This document shows, in pieces, positions 1 to 9,600 of a stretch of DNA of 24,481 nt. Source of the DNA: Caedimonas varicaedens (GTDB lineage: Bacteria > Pseudomonadota > Alphaproteobacteria > Caedimonadales > Caedimonadaceae). The DNA is taken from positions 1-24,481 of the forward strand of contig BBVC01000015.1 in assembly GCA_001192655.1 (NCBI GenBank). The letters are read 5' to 3'. Numbering within the stretch: position 1 is the stretch's first letter; the number at the start of each line of letters is the position of its first letter. The translations under genes were made by a program, and so were the position numbers. The notes under the pieces are model-generated. The model ran no database searches, had not been told where the DNA came from, and saw only the letters and a program-made list of their open reading frames with translations.

Positions 1-580
1 TTTCCGATAAAGTATGGTCTTTTTCTCTTAGTTCAGTTTTTGCCTGCCCAAGATTCTGGTCACATTCCTGCAATTCAATCATTATATTTTCATGAATTTT
101 CAAATGTTTAGGAATATAATTTACATATAAAAAACTAAAAAAACTATCTACCTTCTCCGAAGAAAGAATTGTACGTAATGTCGTATACATTAAAGGTATA
201 AACTTTTCAGAAAGAGAATTATCTTCAAAATAATGCGCAAAATGAGTTATTGGATTCTTAAAGTATTCACCTAATTTAGCGTTGTTATCCTTCACTAAAT
301 ATTCAAACAGTGCTGGTCGGTTTGTTGTTAGGGCAAAAAATGTAGAGTATTCTTTAGCATTTGCCTTATGAGTAAGCTCTGTAGACTCAGTGTTTAAAAA
401 TCTCTTATAAACTTTAAATTGAGTATTTTTTTTAACTTCTAAATAATTGATAATGTCCTGATCGGGTATCATTTTATTTAACACTCGCTGCTTATATTCG
501 TGGGTTAGTTCTTCTACACTCGTAGAAAAACACGGAGATGACGTAAAGACAAATAAAAGAGCTAAGAGATACTTTTTCAT
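1..580 (-). CDS. hypothetical protein with signal peptide, N-terminal part only (ORF continues past the left edge)
   Basis: Hand translation of the minus strand from ATG 580..578 (MKKYLLALLFVFTSSPCFSTSVEELTHEYKQRVLNKM...) stays open for 193 codons to position 1. A GAGGA Shine-Dalgarno lies about 8 nt upstream. The N-terminus is hydrophobic and signal-like. It is absent from the ORF track only because there is no stop in the window. No family recognised. Confidence 0.6.
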   Translation of the reverse strand, partial: MKKYLLALLFVFTSSPCFSTSVEELTHEYKQRVLNKMIPDQDIINYLEVKKNTQFKVYKRFLNTESTELTHKANAKEYSTFFALTTNRPALFEYLVKDNNAKLGEYFKNPITHFAHYFEDNSLSEKFIPLMYTTLRTILSSEKVDSFFSFLYVNYIPKHLKIHENIMIELQECDQNLGQAKTELREKDHTLSE

Positions 581-921
581 GGGAAGATCCTCATAAATCT
601 ATAGTAAAGCTGCGTACTCTCTAAAATAGAATATTAAGCAGTATAAACGTTTACCCTATAGCAATTTTTCCTGAATTTGTCAATTAAATTTGACAGCCTT
701 AAAAAATAAAAGAATCAATATCATAGATAGAAATCAAATATCGTTTAGTGGCTCTGGTCAAGATGGACAGTCCAGTCTAAGACATTGAATATATTTCAAA
801 CATATTTTAGAATTGAGAAATGGAAATATTTTAATGACTGCATGGTATAAAAATTCCATATATATCGTATTTATAGAATACATATGTAGATTGATTATCA
901 CATACTGTTATTCCTGTTGTT

Positions 922-957
922 GCGGGGATCCAAAATTCTTCTCTAGATCCCGCTTTT
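922..957 (+). terminator. GC-rich hairpin followed by TTTT on the plus strand, 65 nt beyond the clpB stop
   Basis: GCGGGGATC (922-930), a 15-nt loop, GATCCCGC (946-953, one bulge), then TTTT (954-957). On the minus strand (the clpB sense) the same hairpin is followed by AACAACAGG, with no U-tract. The orientation and function are therefore ambiguous. Confidence 0.25.
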
Positions 958-1022
958 GCAGGGATGACAAGATACAGAGAGTTTTCGGTTTTGTATGCCT
1001 ATTTTTTGACCTTTCATCAAGA

Positions 1023-3590
1023 TCAGCAAGATAAGATCAGTTCTCCTTCTTTTGCGGTAACGCTAATCCTATCCTGAACTTTCCCTTCAAGAATCAGGGA
1101 TGCCAAAGGATTTTGAAGTTCCCGCTGAATGACTCTTCTCAGAGGACGAGCGCCATAAACAGGGTCATAGCCTTTCTGGGCAAGCCATTCTTTTCCCGCG
1201 TCATCTACTGTCAAGTGTATACGTCTTTCTTCGAGAAGCCTTTCAAGACGTGCGAGCTGAATTTGTACAATGCTTTTCATATCGTCAAGGACAAGACGAT
1301 TAAATAACAGGATTTCATCAATACGGTTGAGAAATTCAGGACGAAAAGCCAACCGCACGACATCCATCACTTGTTCACGTGCCGCTTCGGCAAGCTGTCC
1401 TGCCTCAAGTCCGGCCAAAAACTCACTCCCTAGATTGGACGTCATAATAATAACCGTATTAGTAAAATCGACTGTCCTACCCTGGCCATCTGTCAGACGC
1501 CCATCATCAAGCACCTGCAACAGAATATTAAAAACATCTGGATGGGCTTTTTCTATTTCATCAAACAGGATCACCTGATAGGGACGACGACGTACAGCCT
1601 CTGTCAAGCTTCCACCCTCTTCATACCCCACATAGCCAGGAGGCGCACCAATAAGACGAGACACTGCATGTTTTTCCATATATTCTGACATATCAATTCG
1701 AACAAGTGCCGCTTCATCATTGAACAAAAATTCAGCCAACGCCTTAGTCAATTCTGTCTTGCCAACGCCAGTGGGACCTAAAAACAGAAAAGATCCAATA
1801 GGGCGATTTTGATCCTGTAAGCCTGCACGCGCTCGCCGCACAGCATCACTGATAGCCGAAATCGCTACATCCTGCCCCACAACGCGCTGATGCAGAAAAC
1901 TTTCCATGTGCAGAAGTTTTTCCTTTTCCCCTTCCAACATCTTGTCCACAGGAACACCTGTCCAACGTGAGACAATTGCAGCAATATCATCATCGGTCAC
2001 TTCTTCACGCAGCATGGTTTGCGCGCTACTTTCTTCAGCGCTTGTCAGTTTCTTTTCCAGATCAGGGATAACACTATAGGCCAGCTCTCCCGCACGGGTC
2101 AGGTTCCCCTGGCGTTGGGCAATATCAAGCTCGTTCCGCGCGTGATCCAGTTGTTCCTTAATTTTTTGCACATGGGTCAGTTTGTCTTTTTCAGCACGCC
2201 AGGCTTCTGTCAGGGTATTGGATTTTTGTTCAAGAGCGTTTAACTCTTTTTCTAATTCAGCAAGTCTTTTTTGTGAATCAGGATCGCTTTCACGCTTCAA
2301 TGCTTCCCGTTCAATTTTGAGCTGGATAATTTTACGATCCAGTTCATCAATTTCTTCCGGTTTTGAATCCACTTCCATGCGCAAACGACTTGCGGCTTCA
2401 TCAACCAGATCAATAGCCTTATCAGGAAGGAAACGATCTGAAATATAACGATGAGAAAGCGTTGCGGCAGCAACAATGGCACTGTCTGTGATCCGAACGC
2501 CATGATGGAGTTCATATTTTTCTTTCAGTCCACGAAGAATAGAAATCGTATCGCTGACACTGGGCTCAGCCACAAAAACAGACTGGAAGCGACGCGCTAA
2601 TGCGGCATCTTTCTCGATATACTTCCGATATTCATTCAGGGTCGTGGCGCCGACACAGTGTAATTCTCCCCGAGCAAGAGCGGGTTTCAGCATATTGGAC
2701 GCATCCATAGCGCCATCTGCCCTTCCTGCGCCTACCAGCGTATGCAACTCATCAATAAAAAGGATGATCTCACCAGCTGCCGCATCAATTTCCTGCAGAA
2801 CAGCCTTTAAGCGCTCTTCAAATTCTCCCCGAAATTTGGCTCCGGCGATCAGGGCGCCCAAATCAAGCGCCATCAGGCGTTTATCCTTAAGAGATTCAGG
2901 AACGTCTTCCTTGATAATTCGCTGGGCCAGCCCTTCAATAATAGCGGTTTTACCCACTCCTGGTTCTCCGATAAGAACAGGGTTGTTCTTTGTACGACGA
3001 GAAAGAACCTGAATTGTGCGGCGGATTTCTTCATCTCGACCAATAACAGGGTCAAGTTTGCCTTCACGGGCAAGGGCTGTCACATCCCGCGCATACTTTC
3101 TCAAGGCATCATAAGACTCTTCAGCCGTTGCAGAGTCTGCTTTCCGTCCTTTTCGCATTTCGGCAATAGCACCAGAAAGTTTTTGCGGCGTTATATCCGC
3201 TGATTTCAGAATGCGACCTGCTTCATTTTGAGCCACAGCCAGCATTGCCTGTAAAAGGCGTTCCACTGTAACAAAGCTGTCACCTTCTTCTTGAGTCATT
3301 TTTTCAGCTTGTTCAAAAACGCGCGCTGTTTCAGGAGCCATATAGATTTGTCCCGCACCTTCTCCTTCTACTTTAGGAAGTTTGTCCAGCGCCTTAACGG
3401 TTGCTGTCTTTATGGCATCCAGGGAAATCCCCATGCTTTCCAGCAAACGAGGAGCGGGACCGTGTTCATCTTCGATCATGGCATGTAAAAGGTGTTCAGG
3501 CGTAAAACGTTGATGTCCACGCGCGAGCGCCGTCATCTGGGCGTTTTGCAGAATCTCTTTTGTCTTTTCACTGTATTTGTTTAAATCCAT
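1023..3590 (-). CDS. clpB: ClpB disaggregase (AAA+ chaperone, two NBDs plus coiled-coil middle domain)
   Basis: The 855-aa ORF is near colinear with E. coli ClpB as recalled. Shared blocks include [10 protein letters not shown] (Walker A1), ILFIDELHT, the long M-domain, [10 protein letters not shown] (Walker A2), [32 protein letters not shown] and GARPLRR. Confidence 0.97.
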   Translation of the reverse strand: MDLNKYSEKTKEILQNAQMTALARGHQRFTPEHLLHAMIEDEHGPAPRLLESMGISLDAIKTATVKALDKLPKVEGEGAGQIYMAPETARVFEQAEKMTQEEGDSFVTVERLLQAMLAVAQNEAGRILKSADITPQKLSGAIAEMRKGRKADSATAEESYDALRKYARDVTALAREGKLDPVIGRDEEIRRTIQVLSRRTKNNPVLIGEPGVGKTAIIEGLAQRIIKEDVPESLKDKRLMALDLGALIAGAKFRGEFEERLKAVLQEIDAAAGEIILFIDELHTLVGAGRADGAMDASNMLKPALARGELHCVGATTLNEYRKYIEKDAALARRFQSVFVAEPSVSDTISILRGLKEKYELHHGVRITDSAIVAAATLSHRYISDRFLPDKAIDLVDEAASRLRMEVDSKPEEIDELDRKIIQLKIEREALKRESDPDSQKRLAELEKELNALEQKSNTLTEAWRAEKDKLTHVQKIKEQLDHARNELDIAQRQGNLTRAGELAYSVIPDLEKKLTSAEESSAQTMLREEVTDDDIAAIVSRWTGVPVDKMLEGEKEKLLHMESFLHQRVVGQDVAISAISDAVRRARAGLQDQNRPIGSFLFLGPTGVGKTELTKALAEFLFNDEAALVRIDMSEYMEKHAVSRLIGAPPGYVGYEEGGSLTEAVRRRPYQVILFDEIEKAHPDVFNILLQVLDDGRLTDGQGRTVDFTNTVIIMTSNLGSEFLAGLEAGQLAEAAREQVMDVVRLAFRPEFLNRIDEILLFNRLVLDDMKSIVQIQLARLERLLEERRIHLTVDDAGKEWLAQKGYDPVYGARPLRRVIQRELQNPLASLILEGKVQDRISVTAKEGELILSC

Positions 3591-3652
3591 TTTTAGACTC
3601 GAAAAAAAGAAAATTTTGACTTACACTCTTTCTAACAGAAAATGATAAATAA

Positions 3653-5605
3653 TTGAATAGGGCTATGGTTTTAAAGTCTGCGAATATTTCACTAAAGCGC
3701 GCATTGCCTGATAATGATCCCTGGGCTGTTGTGCGACATTTTCTTTTTGGCCATCCTTTGAGAACCTCTTCCCAGGAAAAAGAAAGTTTAGGATTCTTTC
3801 TGGGACTCCCTATTTTGGCTATTGATGCGCTTTCTTCAGTGGCCTACGCGACTGAGGAAATTTTGATTGCCTTGTCTGTTGCCGGTACAAGTCTTTATGG
3901 GTTATCTATCCCTATTGCCATCGCCATTGTGATTCTGCTGACGTCTGTTATTGCTTCTTATACTCAAACAGTACAGGCCTATCCTGATGGGGGGGGCGCC
4001 TATACCATTGCCAAAAACCATTTAGGGTCTACGGCTTCTCTTGTTGCCGCTTCTTCTTTATTGATCGATTATATCCTCACTGTTTCTGTTTCTGTAACGG
4101 CAGGCGTTCGGGCGATTACTTCTTCGTATCCCTCTCTTTTAGATAAAAGCACCAGTTTATGCGTGTTGGGAATTCTTTCCCTGGCCTGGATCAATTTAAG
4201 AGGCATTCGTGAATCAGCCAAATTTGTGATGCCCTTTGTGTATGCTTTTATCGCTTGTATGCTGATGATTGGTGGTCTGGGTCTGTCAATTCCTTCACCT
4301 CAGGAAATAGGTCAGAGTGCGCCTGTTGCTTCTTCTGCTTCTCTCACCACACACTTGCTAGACCTGGCTATGATTCCCATTATTCTGCGAGCGTTTGCAG
4401 GGGGTTGTACAGCAATGACAGGAGTTGAAGCTATTGCCAATGCCGGCTCTATCCTGCGCAGACCTCATGCCGTCGTAGCACAGCGTATTTTACTTGCCCT
4501 GGGTCTTCTTTTGGGCATGATGTTTTTAAGTATCACAATCACTGCTTATCGTCTCAACCTCACGCCTCTTGAGAACGAAAGTCTGCTTTCTCAAGTCATC
4601 CGGGCTTTGTGGGGGGGTGGTTTTATTCATAACGCTACTCAAATCCTAATTGCCCTGATTCTTTTCTTAGCAGCCAATACAGCTTTCGCAGATGCTCCTC
4701 GCTTGAGCGCTATGCTTGCTCGTGATGGATGGTTCCCCAAACAGCTTTACATTATTGGAGATCGCCTTGTCTTCTCAAAAGGGATCCTTTTTCTTGCGCT
4801 TTTAGCGTCCCTGCTAGTGATCGTTTTTCGGGGTCAGGTGCATGCCCTGATCCCTTTGTATGCCATCGGGGTTTTCTCGGCCTTTACGCTTTCCCAGGCA
4901 GGTATGGTTCTGTATTGGCGGAATTGTTGGAGAACGGGCGGTAATCATCGGGGATCTTTTATTATTAAAGGAATGGTCAATGGTTTTGGCGCTTTTATGA
5001 CAGGTCTTGCCCTCATGGTCACTTTCGAAGCAAAATTTGCAGAGGGGGCTTTCCTGATTCTGATTGCTGTCCCTCTTATCATCCTATTTTGCCTATGGAT
5101 CAAGCGTCATTATACAGCAACGACAGAGCAGCTGGATGTCAGCAACAGTTTTATCTCTTCGCGCATACGAACCTTTGCACATAGTCAGGAACGTCCCATC
5201 ATTGTACCCATTTCGCGTTTGCATCGGGGAGCCGTTGAGGCGATTGCCTTTGCCCGGGAAATGTCTCGAGATGTGCGGATCGTGATTGTTGATATTGAAC
5301 GTTATAATGCACAGCAGACAATTATTGATGTTGAAGCGCTTCAGTGGGATTTAAAAATTATTGTTCTGTCTTCACCTTATCGTTCTATCATTCGTCCTAT
5401 CATTGATTATATTCATAGCGTCGACAAGGAATCCAAAAAGCTGGCGGTCTTGGTTTTGCCTGAAACAGTTCCTGTTCATTGGTGGGAAAATATTTTACAC
5501 AATAAAACTTCTGAAACCATTGTCAAAGCCTTGTCCTGGAGTGAAACAATCGAAAGTCAGGCAAGGATTATTATCAATGTGCCTTACTACCTTGAGAAAA
5601 ACTGA
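3653..5605 (+). CDS. APC-superfamily permease with C-terminal cytoplasmic domain, KimA/YdaO-like (probable K+/H+ symporter)
   Basis: The 650-aa ORF has about 12 TM segments. Blocks recalled from B. subtilis KimA: GHPLRT..E.L...L..L.IDALSSVAYATEEIL, AYPDGGGAYTIAKNHLG, LLIDYILTVSVSVTAG, LRAFAGGCTAMTGVEAIANA, LAANTAFADAPRL, GDRLVFSKGI, LIPLYAIGVF..FTLSQAGM, KRHYTATTEQL and WWENILHN. The track start 3653 is TTG; ATG at 3665 is an equally plausible start. Confidence 0.8.
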   Translation: MNRAMVLKSANISLKRALPDNDPWAVVRHFLFGHPLRTSSQEKESLGFFLGLPILAIDALSSVAYATEEILIALSVAGTSLYGLSIPIAIAIVILLTSVIASYTQTVQAYPDGGGAYTIAKNHLGSTASLVAASSLLIDYILTVSVSVTAGVRAITSSYPSLLDKSTSLCVLGILSLAWINLRGIRESAKFVMPFVYAFIACMLMIGGLGLSIPSPQEIGQSAPVASSASLTTHLLDLAMIPIILRAFAGGCTAMTGVEAIANAGSILRRPHAVVAQRILLALGLLLGMMFLSITITAYRLNLTPLENESLLSQVIRALWGGGFIHNATQILIALILFLAANTAFADAPRLSAMLARDGWFPKQLYIIGDRLVFSKGILFLALLASLLVIVFRGQVHALIPLYAIGVFSAFTLSQAGMVLYWRNCWRTGGNHRGSFIIKGMVNGFGAFMTGLALMVTFEAKFAEGAFLILIAVPLIILFCLWIKRHYTATTEQLDVSNSFISSRIRTFAHSQERPIIVPISRLHRGAVEAIAFAREMSRDVRIVIVDIERYNAQQTIIDVEALQWDLKIIVLSSPYRSIIRPIIDYIHSVDKESKKLAVLVLPETVPVHWWENILHNKTSETIVKALSWSETIESQARIIINVPYYLEKN

Positions 5606-5623
5606 AACGTCGGAGAGATCTTC

Positions 5624-7588
5624 ATGTCAGAGCCGAAACTTTATCCAATACACAATCACCTCAAGGGAAAAACTTTTTTTACCGCCGAAAAATATCAACG
5701 CTTTTATAATGAATCCATAGAGAATCCCGAAGCTTTCTGGGCAAAAGAAGCATGCCGTTTAGATTGGATGCAGCCTTTCACAAAAGTTAAAAATACTTCT
5801 TATCACAAGGAAGATTTTCATATCCGTTGGTATGAAGATGGGACTTTGAATGCTTGCTATAATTGTGTTGATCGTCATCTCAAAGACAAGGGAGATCAGG
5901 TGGCGATTTTTTGGGAAGGAGATAATCCCGAAGATTCCCGTACTATAACGTATAAAGAGCTTCATCAGGAAATTTCCAAATTTGCGAATGTGTTGAGAAT
6001 GCACGATGTTCATAAGGGAGATCGCGTGACAATTTATTTGCCCATGATTCCGGAAGCAATTATAGCAATTCTTGCCTGTGCACGGATTGGAGCGATCCAT
6101 TCAGTAGTTTTCGCCGGTTTTTCTGCCGAATCGCTGGAAGGACGGATTTTTGATTGCGACTCCCACTTTCTTGTCACTGCCGACGAAGGCGTAAGAGGTG
6201 GAAAAAAAATTCCTCTCAAGAAAAATGTAGAAGAAGCCTTGCAAGGAAAAGCTGCCCACATCCTCAAAAAGATGATAGTCGTCAAAAGGACAGGCGGCGA
6301 TATTCCCTGGCAGGAGAAAAGAGATTTCTGGTATCATGAAGAAATGGATAAAGTCGCCATTGACTGCCCTTTGGAAGAAATGGGAGCGGAAGATCCTCTT
6401 TTTATTCTCTATACCTCAGGCTCTACAGGAAAGCCAAAGGGCGTTCTGCATACAACAGGTGGCTATCTGGTTTATGCGGCGCTCACACATCAATATGTTT
6501 TTGACTATCATCCCGGCGATATTTATTGGTGTACAGCAGACATAGGCTGGGTGACGGGACACACTTATTCCATCTATGGCCCTCTGGCAAATGGCGCCAC
6601 AATTGTTCTCTTTGAAGGCGTTCCCCAATATCCGGATGCATCACGCTTTTGGAAAATTGTTGATAAATATAAGGTCACGATATTTTATACGGCACCCACC
6701 GTCATAAGGTCTCTCATGCGGGAAGGAACAGATTTTGTGCAGAAAACTTCCCGCGCGTCCTTGCGAATATTGGGCAGTGTAGGAGAGCCCATTAATCCAG
6801 AAGCCTGGGAGTGGTATTATGACAATGTGGGAAACGGCCGTTGCCCTATTATGGATACATGGTGGCAAACAGAAACAGGTGGTATTCTTATTTCTGCCCT
6901 GCCTGGTGTTACTCCTCTAAAACCTGGTTCTGCAACGTTTCCTCTTTTTGGTGTTAAACCTGCTCTTGTTAATCATAAAGGCCAGATTATAGAAAATAAT
7001 AGTGAAGCCGAAGGAAATCTTGTGTTACTTGATTCCTGGCCAGGACAAATGCGCACTGTCTATGGAGATCAAGAACGCTTTATCAAGACTTATTTTACAG
7101 ATTTTCCGGGCATGTACTTCTCCGGAGATGGCGCCCGACGGGATAAAGAAGGAAACTATTGGATCACAGGTCGCGTTGATGACGTCATCAACGTTTCAGG
7201 ACATCGCCTGGGAACAGCAGAAGTGGAAAGCGCGCTTGATGCCCATCCCAAAGTTGTGGAAAGCGCCGTTGTAGGATTCCCCCATGATATCAAGGGTCAA
7301 GGCATTTACGCCTTTGTGACACTTCATAAAAAGGAACCCCCCTCTGAGTCTTTGAGAAAAGAACTGATAGACCTTGTGCGCAGAAAAATTGGGGCGATTG
7401 CAACTCCTGATAGGATTCAGTGGGCGTCGGGGCTTCCCAAAACCCGCTCAGGAAAAATCATGCGTCGTATTTTAAGAAAGATCGCAGCTAATGAGCTGGA
7501 AACTCTGGGAGACATCTCCACGCTTGCCGATCCCCTGGTTGTGGACGATCTTGTGAAAAATCATAAATATACAGTGTCAGCACCTTAA
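5624..7588 (+). CDS. acs: acetyl-CoA synthetase (AMP-forming)
   Basis: The 654-aa ORF carries the AMP-binding motif [11 protein letters not shown]. It also has WWQTETGG, the C-terminal [18 protein letters not shown] with the regulatory Lys, and a GGAGAG Shine-Dalgarno before ATG 5624. Confidence 0.97.
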   Translation: MSEPKLYPIHNHLKGKTFFTAEKYQRFYNESIENPEAFWAKEACRLDWMQPFTKVKNTSYHKEDFHIRWYEDGTLNACYNCVDRHLKDKGDQVAIFWEGDNPEDSRTITYKELHQEISKFANVLRMHDVHKGDRVTIYLPMIPEAIIAILACARIGAIHSVVFAGFSAESLEGRIFDCDSHFLVTADEGVRGGKKIPLKKNVEEALQGKAAHILKKMIVVKRTGGDIPWQEKRDFWYHEEMDKVAIDCPLEEMGAEDPLFILYTSGSTGKPKGVLHTTGGYLVYAALTHQYVFDYHPGDIYWCTADIGWVTGHTYSIYGPLANGATIVLFEGVPQYPDASRFWKIVDKYKVTIFYTAPTVIRSLMREGTDFVQKTSRASLRILGSVGEPINPEAWEWYYDNVGNGRCPIMDTWWQTETGGILISALPGVTPLKPGSATFPLFGVKPALVNHKGQIIENNSEAEGNLVLLDSWPGQMRTVYGDQERFIKTYFTDFPGMYFSGDGARRDKEGNYWITGRVDDVINVSGHRLGTAEVESALDAHPKVVESAVVGFPHDIKGQGIYAFVTLHKKEPPSESLRKELIDLVRRKIGAIATPDRIQWASGLPKTRSGKIMRRILRKIAANELETLGDISTLADPLVVDDLVKNHKYTVSAP

Positions 7589-7709
7589 CTCACTACTAAA
7601 ATTGACGATACTGGTAGGTTTTTTTGGAAAAAACGATATTGGTAAAATAAATAAGGGACACGAATAAAGTCTCTACGTGCCCCTGATAAATATTCAACTC
7701 AAGTTGAGA

Positions 7710-8780
7710 TTACTTTGAAAAATTATTCATCAAGATATGCATGTTTTCAAAGAACTTTGAAGTCTTCTCCTTCAATTGAGCTAGAGAAGATTCCAGATTT
7801 TCTTTCATTTGATGAAGGCTTTGTATTTCCTCTTGAGCAGAAGCGACCGAGTCCTCATACAATGATTGCGCTTCTCTAATTTTCTCATCTTTTTTATTTA
7901 TCTCTTTTTCCATATTTTCATGGACCTGTGCTGTCTCTTTTAGTTTTTCCTCGAGTTTAACCTTCTCTTCTTCTTGAGAAGCTTTGTCTTTCAGTATTTG
8001 TGCATACTTATTAAAGAAAAATGCTTTCATCTCTTTTTTTGAAGAAAATTCTGGCAGTTCTGAATCGGGTAAAAGCTCTTTAAGTCGTTGAGCCCATTTA
8101 GTTTCTTCTAAATCTATCCCAAAAAGGTGCCGAAGTTTCTTCTCTTCCTTTGAATTAATAGATCCATATCGAAGATCTTCTCCCATAAGAATACTTTTTG
8201 GGATCACATAAGAAAATTCTTTTTCTGACAAAGAATTCAAAACATGCATGATGCCAAGCCTATTTAACAGCATATAAAGTGCGTTTGCTCTTGCATCATC
8301 AGTCCATTCACCATCTTTGAATTTCTCTCTAAAATGATGATCAATTGTAATTGCTCCGTCAGAAATATCTGAAATGTCAAATTGCCTATCATTGTCTTTA
8401 TTGATCATTTTGTTAAATAAAGTCTGTGGCCACACTTTCTCACCTTCACAATAACGCAAATCCCCTACAGTAATACCAAGCAGTGTTATTTCTCGATCTA
8501 GATCTAACTTTTGTACATAAGCTCCATATCGGCTCTCCATTAAAACTGAATACAACATTTTAGCCTTTTTATTTTCTTCAGCAGCATTATTCACTACCAG
8601 CTGATTATAGGTGAAAGTGACAGGGTCTTCATCAGGTCCCGTAAATAAGGGCGGCACACTAGAAGTATACGTGTACAATTTTTTTGTACCTTCATTTTCC
8701 CCTTCAAGCTGAGTGGATGCACAAACACTACTCGTAAGCAATAATGTACTGATGACAAAACGCAAAAATAACGACTGCAT
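7710..8780 (-). CDS. hypothetical secreted protein: signal peptide, globular domain, C-terminal Glu/Lys-rich coiled coil
   Basis: The 356-aa ORF begins MQSLFLRFVISTLLLTSSVCAS (signal-like). The last ~110 aa (KASQEEEKVKLEEKLKETAQVHENMEKEINKKDEKIREAQSLYED...LAQLKEKT) are heptad-like. The gene is visibly AT-richer than its neighbours. No family recognised. Confidence 0.7.
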   Translation of the reverse strand: MQSLFLRFVISTLLLTSSVCASTQLEGENEGTKKLYTYTSSVPPLFTGPDEDPVTFTYNQLVVNNAAEENKKAKMLYSVLMESRYGAYVQKLDLDREITLLGITVGDLRYCEGEKVWPQTLFNKMINKDNDRQFDISDISDGAITIDHHFREKFKDGEWTDDARANALYMLLNRLGIMHVLNSLSEKEFSYVIPKSILMGEDLRYGSINSKEEKKLRHLFGIDLEETKWAQRLKELLPDSELPEFSSKKEMKAFFFNKYAQILKDKASQEEEKVKLEEKLKETAQVHENMEKEINKKDEKIREAQSLYEDSVASAQEEIQSLHQMKENLESSLAQLKEKTSKFFENMHILMNNFSK

Positions 8781-8916
8781 GATAACTACCTTTCTTCTAA
8801 AATATTTTTTATCTCAAACTAAAGAATATATTTTTTCTTTTCTGTCAATGGCTTATATCAGTATTTTTTCACTTCGTAACTCCCTAAAAAACGTCAAACA
8901 ATTAAGATACCTTTAT

Positions 8917-9240
8917 TTACTCTTTTATCATTTGCTGCACAGCTTCTTTATCGAAATATTCCAATTCTTTCTTCAGTTGGTATGCACTAAAGACAATATT
9001 GTTCTTCGCCAGTTCTCGAGTAGCGTAGTCAAGAAGATTTTGAGAGGAAGGATCATCGAGATAACTTAACATCAATTTATAAGCAAGAGATTCTGTTTGC
9101 GCCTCATCATATCCCAATTGTTCTGCTACCCATAAACCAAAAAGACGATTGCGACGCGCAATAACCTTGAATTTTTTCAATTCATTATGTTGAAATTTAT
9201 CTTCTATAACTTTCTCGCGTACGGTAAAGCCCGTTACCAT
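8917..9240 (-). CDS. DUF1476 family protein, F1-ATPase inhibitor zeta-subunit-like
   Basis: The 107-aa ORF has REKVIEDKFQHNELKKFKVIARRNRLFGLWVAEQLG. This matches the recalled Paracoccus zeta subunit pattern (RE...E.KF.H..E..FK..ARRNRL.G.W.A..LG). A GGGAG Shine-Dalgarno is present. Confidence 0.75.
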   Translation of the reverse strand: MVTGFTVREKVIEDKFQHNELKKFKVIARRNRLFGLWVAEQLGYDEAQTESLAYKLMLSYLDDPSSQNLLDYATRELAKNNIVFSAYQLKKELEYFDKEAVQQMIKE

Positions 9241-9267
9241 TTAGATGCTCCCTGTATCTTATCATGA

Positions 9268-9303
9268 TTGACAAGTCTTTATAATTTAGTATAGCGCTAT
9301 ACT
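9268..9303 (+). promoter_or_regulatory. candidate sigma70-type promoter for bolA-grxD, overlapped by a perfect 16-bp palindrome (possible operator)
   Basis: TTGACA at 9268-9273, a 16-nt spacer, then TATAGC at 9290-9295. AGTATAGCGCTATACT at 9288-9303 is its own reverse complement. The site lies in the 109-bp divergent intergenic region between the zeta-like gene and bolA. Confidence 0.35.
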
Positions 9304-9349
9304 TTAGAGTATGCGTCTGGACGATTTATCCTAAGGGTATAGTAATAAA

Positions 9350-9589
9350 ATGGCAATGAAATGTGAAGAGATTGAAAAACTGCTTAAGGATCATTTTTGC
9401 GATGCCAGTATCGTCATTGAAGACCTGGCAGGAGATGGAGATCACTATCGAGCCATCATCACTTCAGAATCTTTTAGGGGAAAGTCCCGTATTGAGCAGC
9501 ACAAAATGGTTTATGCCGCCCTTCAGGGAAAAATGGGAAGCACTCTTCACGCTCTTTCTCTTGTTACACAGGCGCCAGGAAACAATTAA
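9350..9589 (+). CDS. bolA: BolA family protein
   Basis: The 79-aa ORF has the BolA-like pattern ...IEDLAGDGDHYRAIITSESFRGKSRIEQHKMVYAAL......LHALSLVT. It sits immediately upstream of a monothiol glutaredoxin, the conserved BolA-Grx partner arrangement. Confidence 0.85.
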   Translation: MAMKCEEIEKLLKDHFCDASIVIEDLAGDGDHYRAIITSESFRGKSRIEQHKMVYAALQGKMGSTLHALSLVTQAPGNN

Positions 9590-9600
9590 GGAATAAAAAA

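Noticed and set aside
813-1034. 73-aa plus-strand ORF in the clpB-downstream gap
   Set aside because: It has a TTG start, no ribosome-binding site and a Cys/Ile/Tyr-rich, composition-driven sequence. It also overlaps the clpB 3' end, so it is likely spurious.
1113-3488. Multiple 60-120-aa ORFs on either strand inside clpB (e.g. 2644-3012, 1270-1578, 2182-2448, 2297-2515)
   Set aside because: They are shadow ORFs within a very well-supported 855-aa ClpB frame and have no independent signals.
3591-3700. Search for an RpoH (sigma-32) heat-shock promoter or CIRCE element upstream of clpB
   Set aside because: There is no CTTG-N17-CYTATNT arrangement. The only CCTATTC-like -10 has no acceptable -35 and lies within the KimA-like coding start. 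No CIRCE inverted repeat is present, so I cannot support a call.
8713-9069. 118-aa plus-strand ORF spanning the gap between the orphan gene and the zeta-like gene
   Set aside because: It overlaps the starts or ends of two better-supported minus-strand genes. Its sequence is AT-composition-driven (Leu/Phe/Ile/Ser-rich) and it has no RBS.
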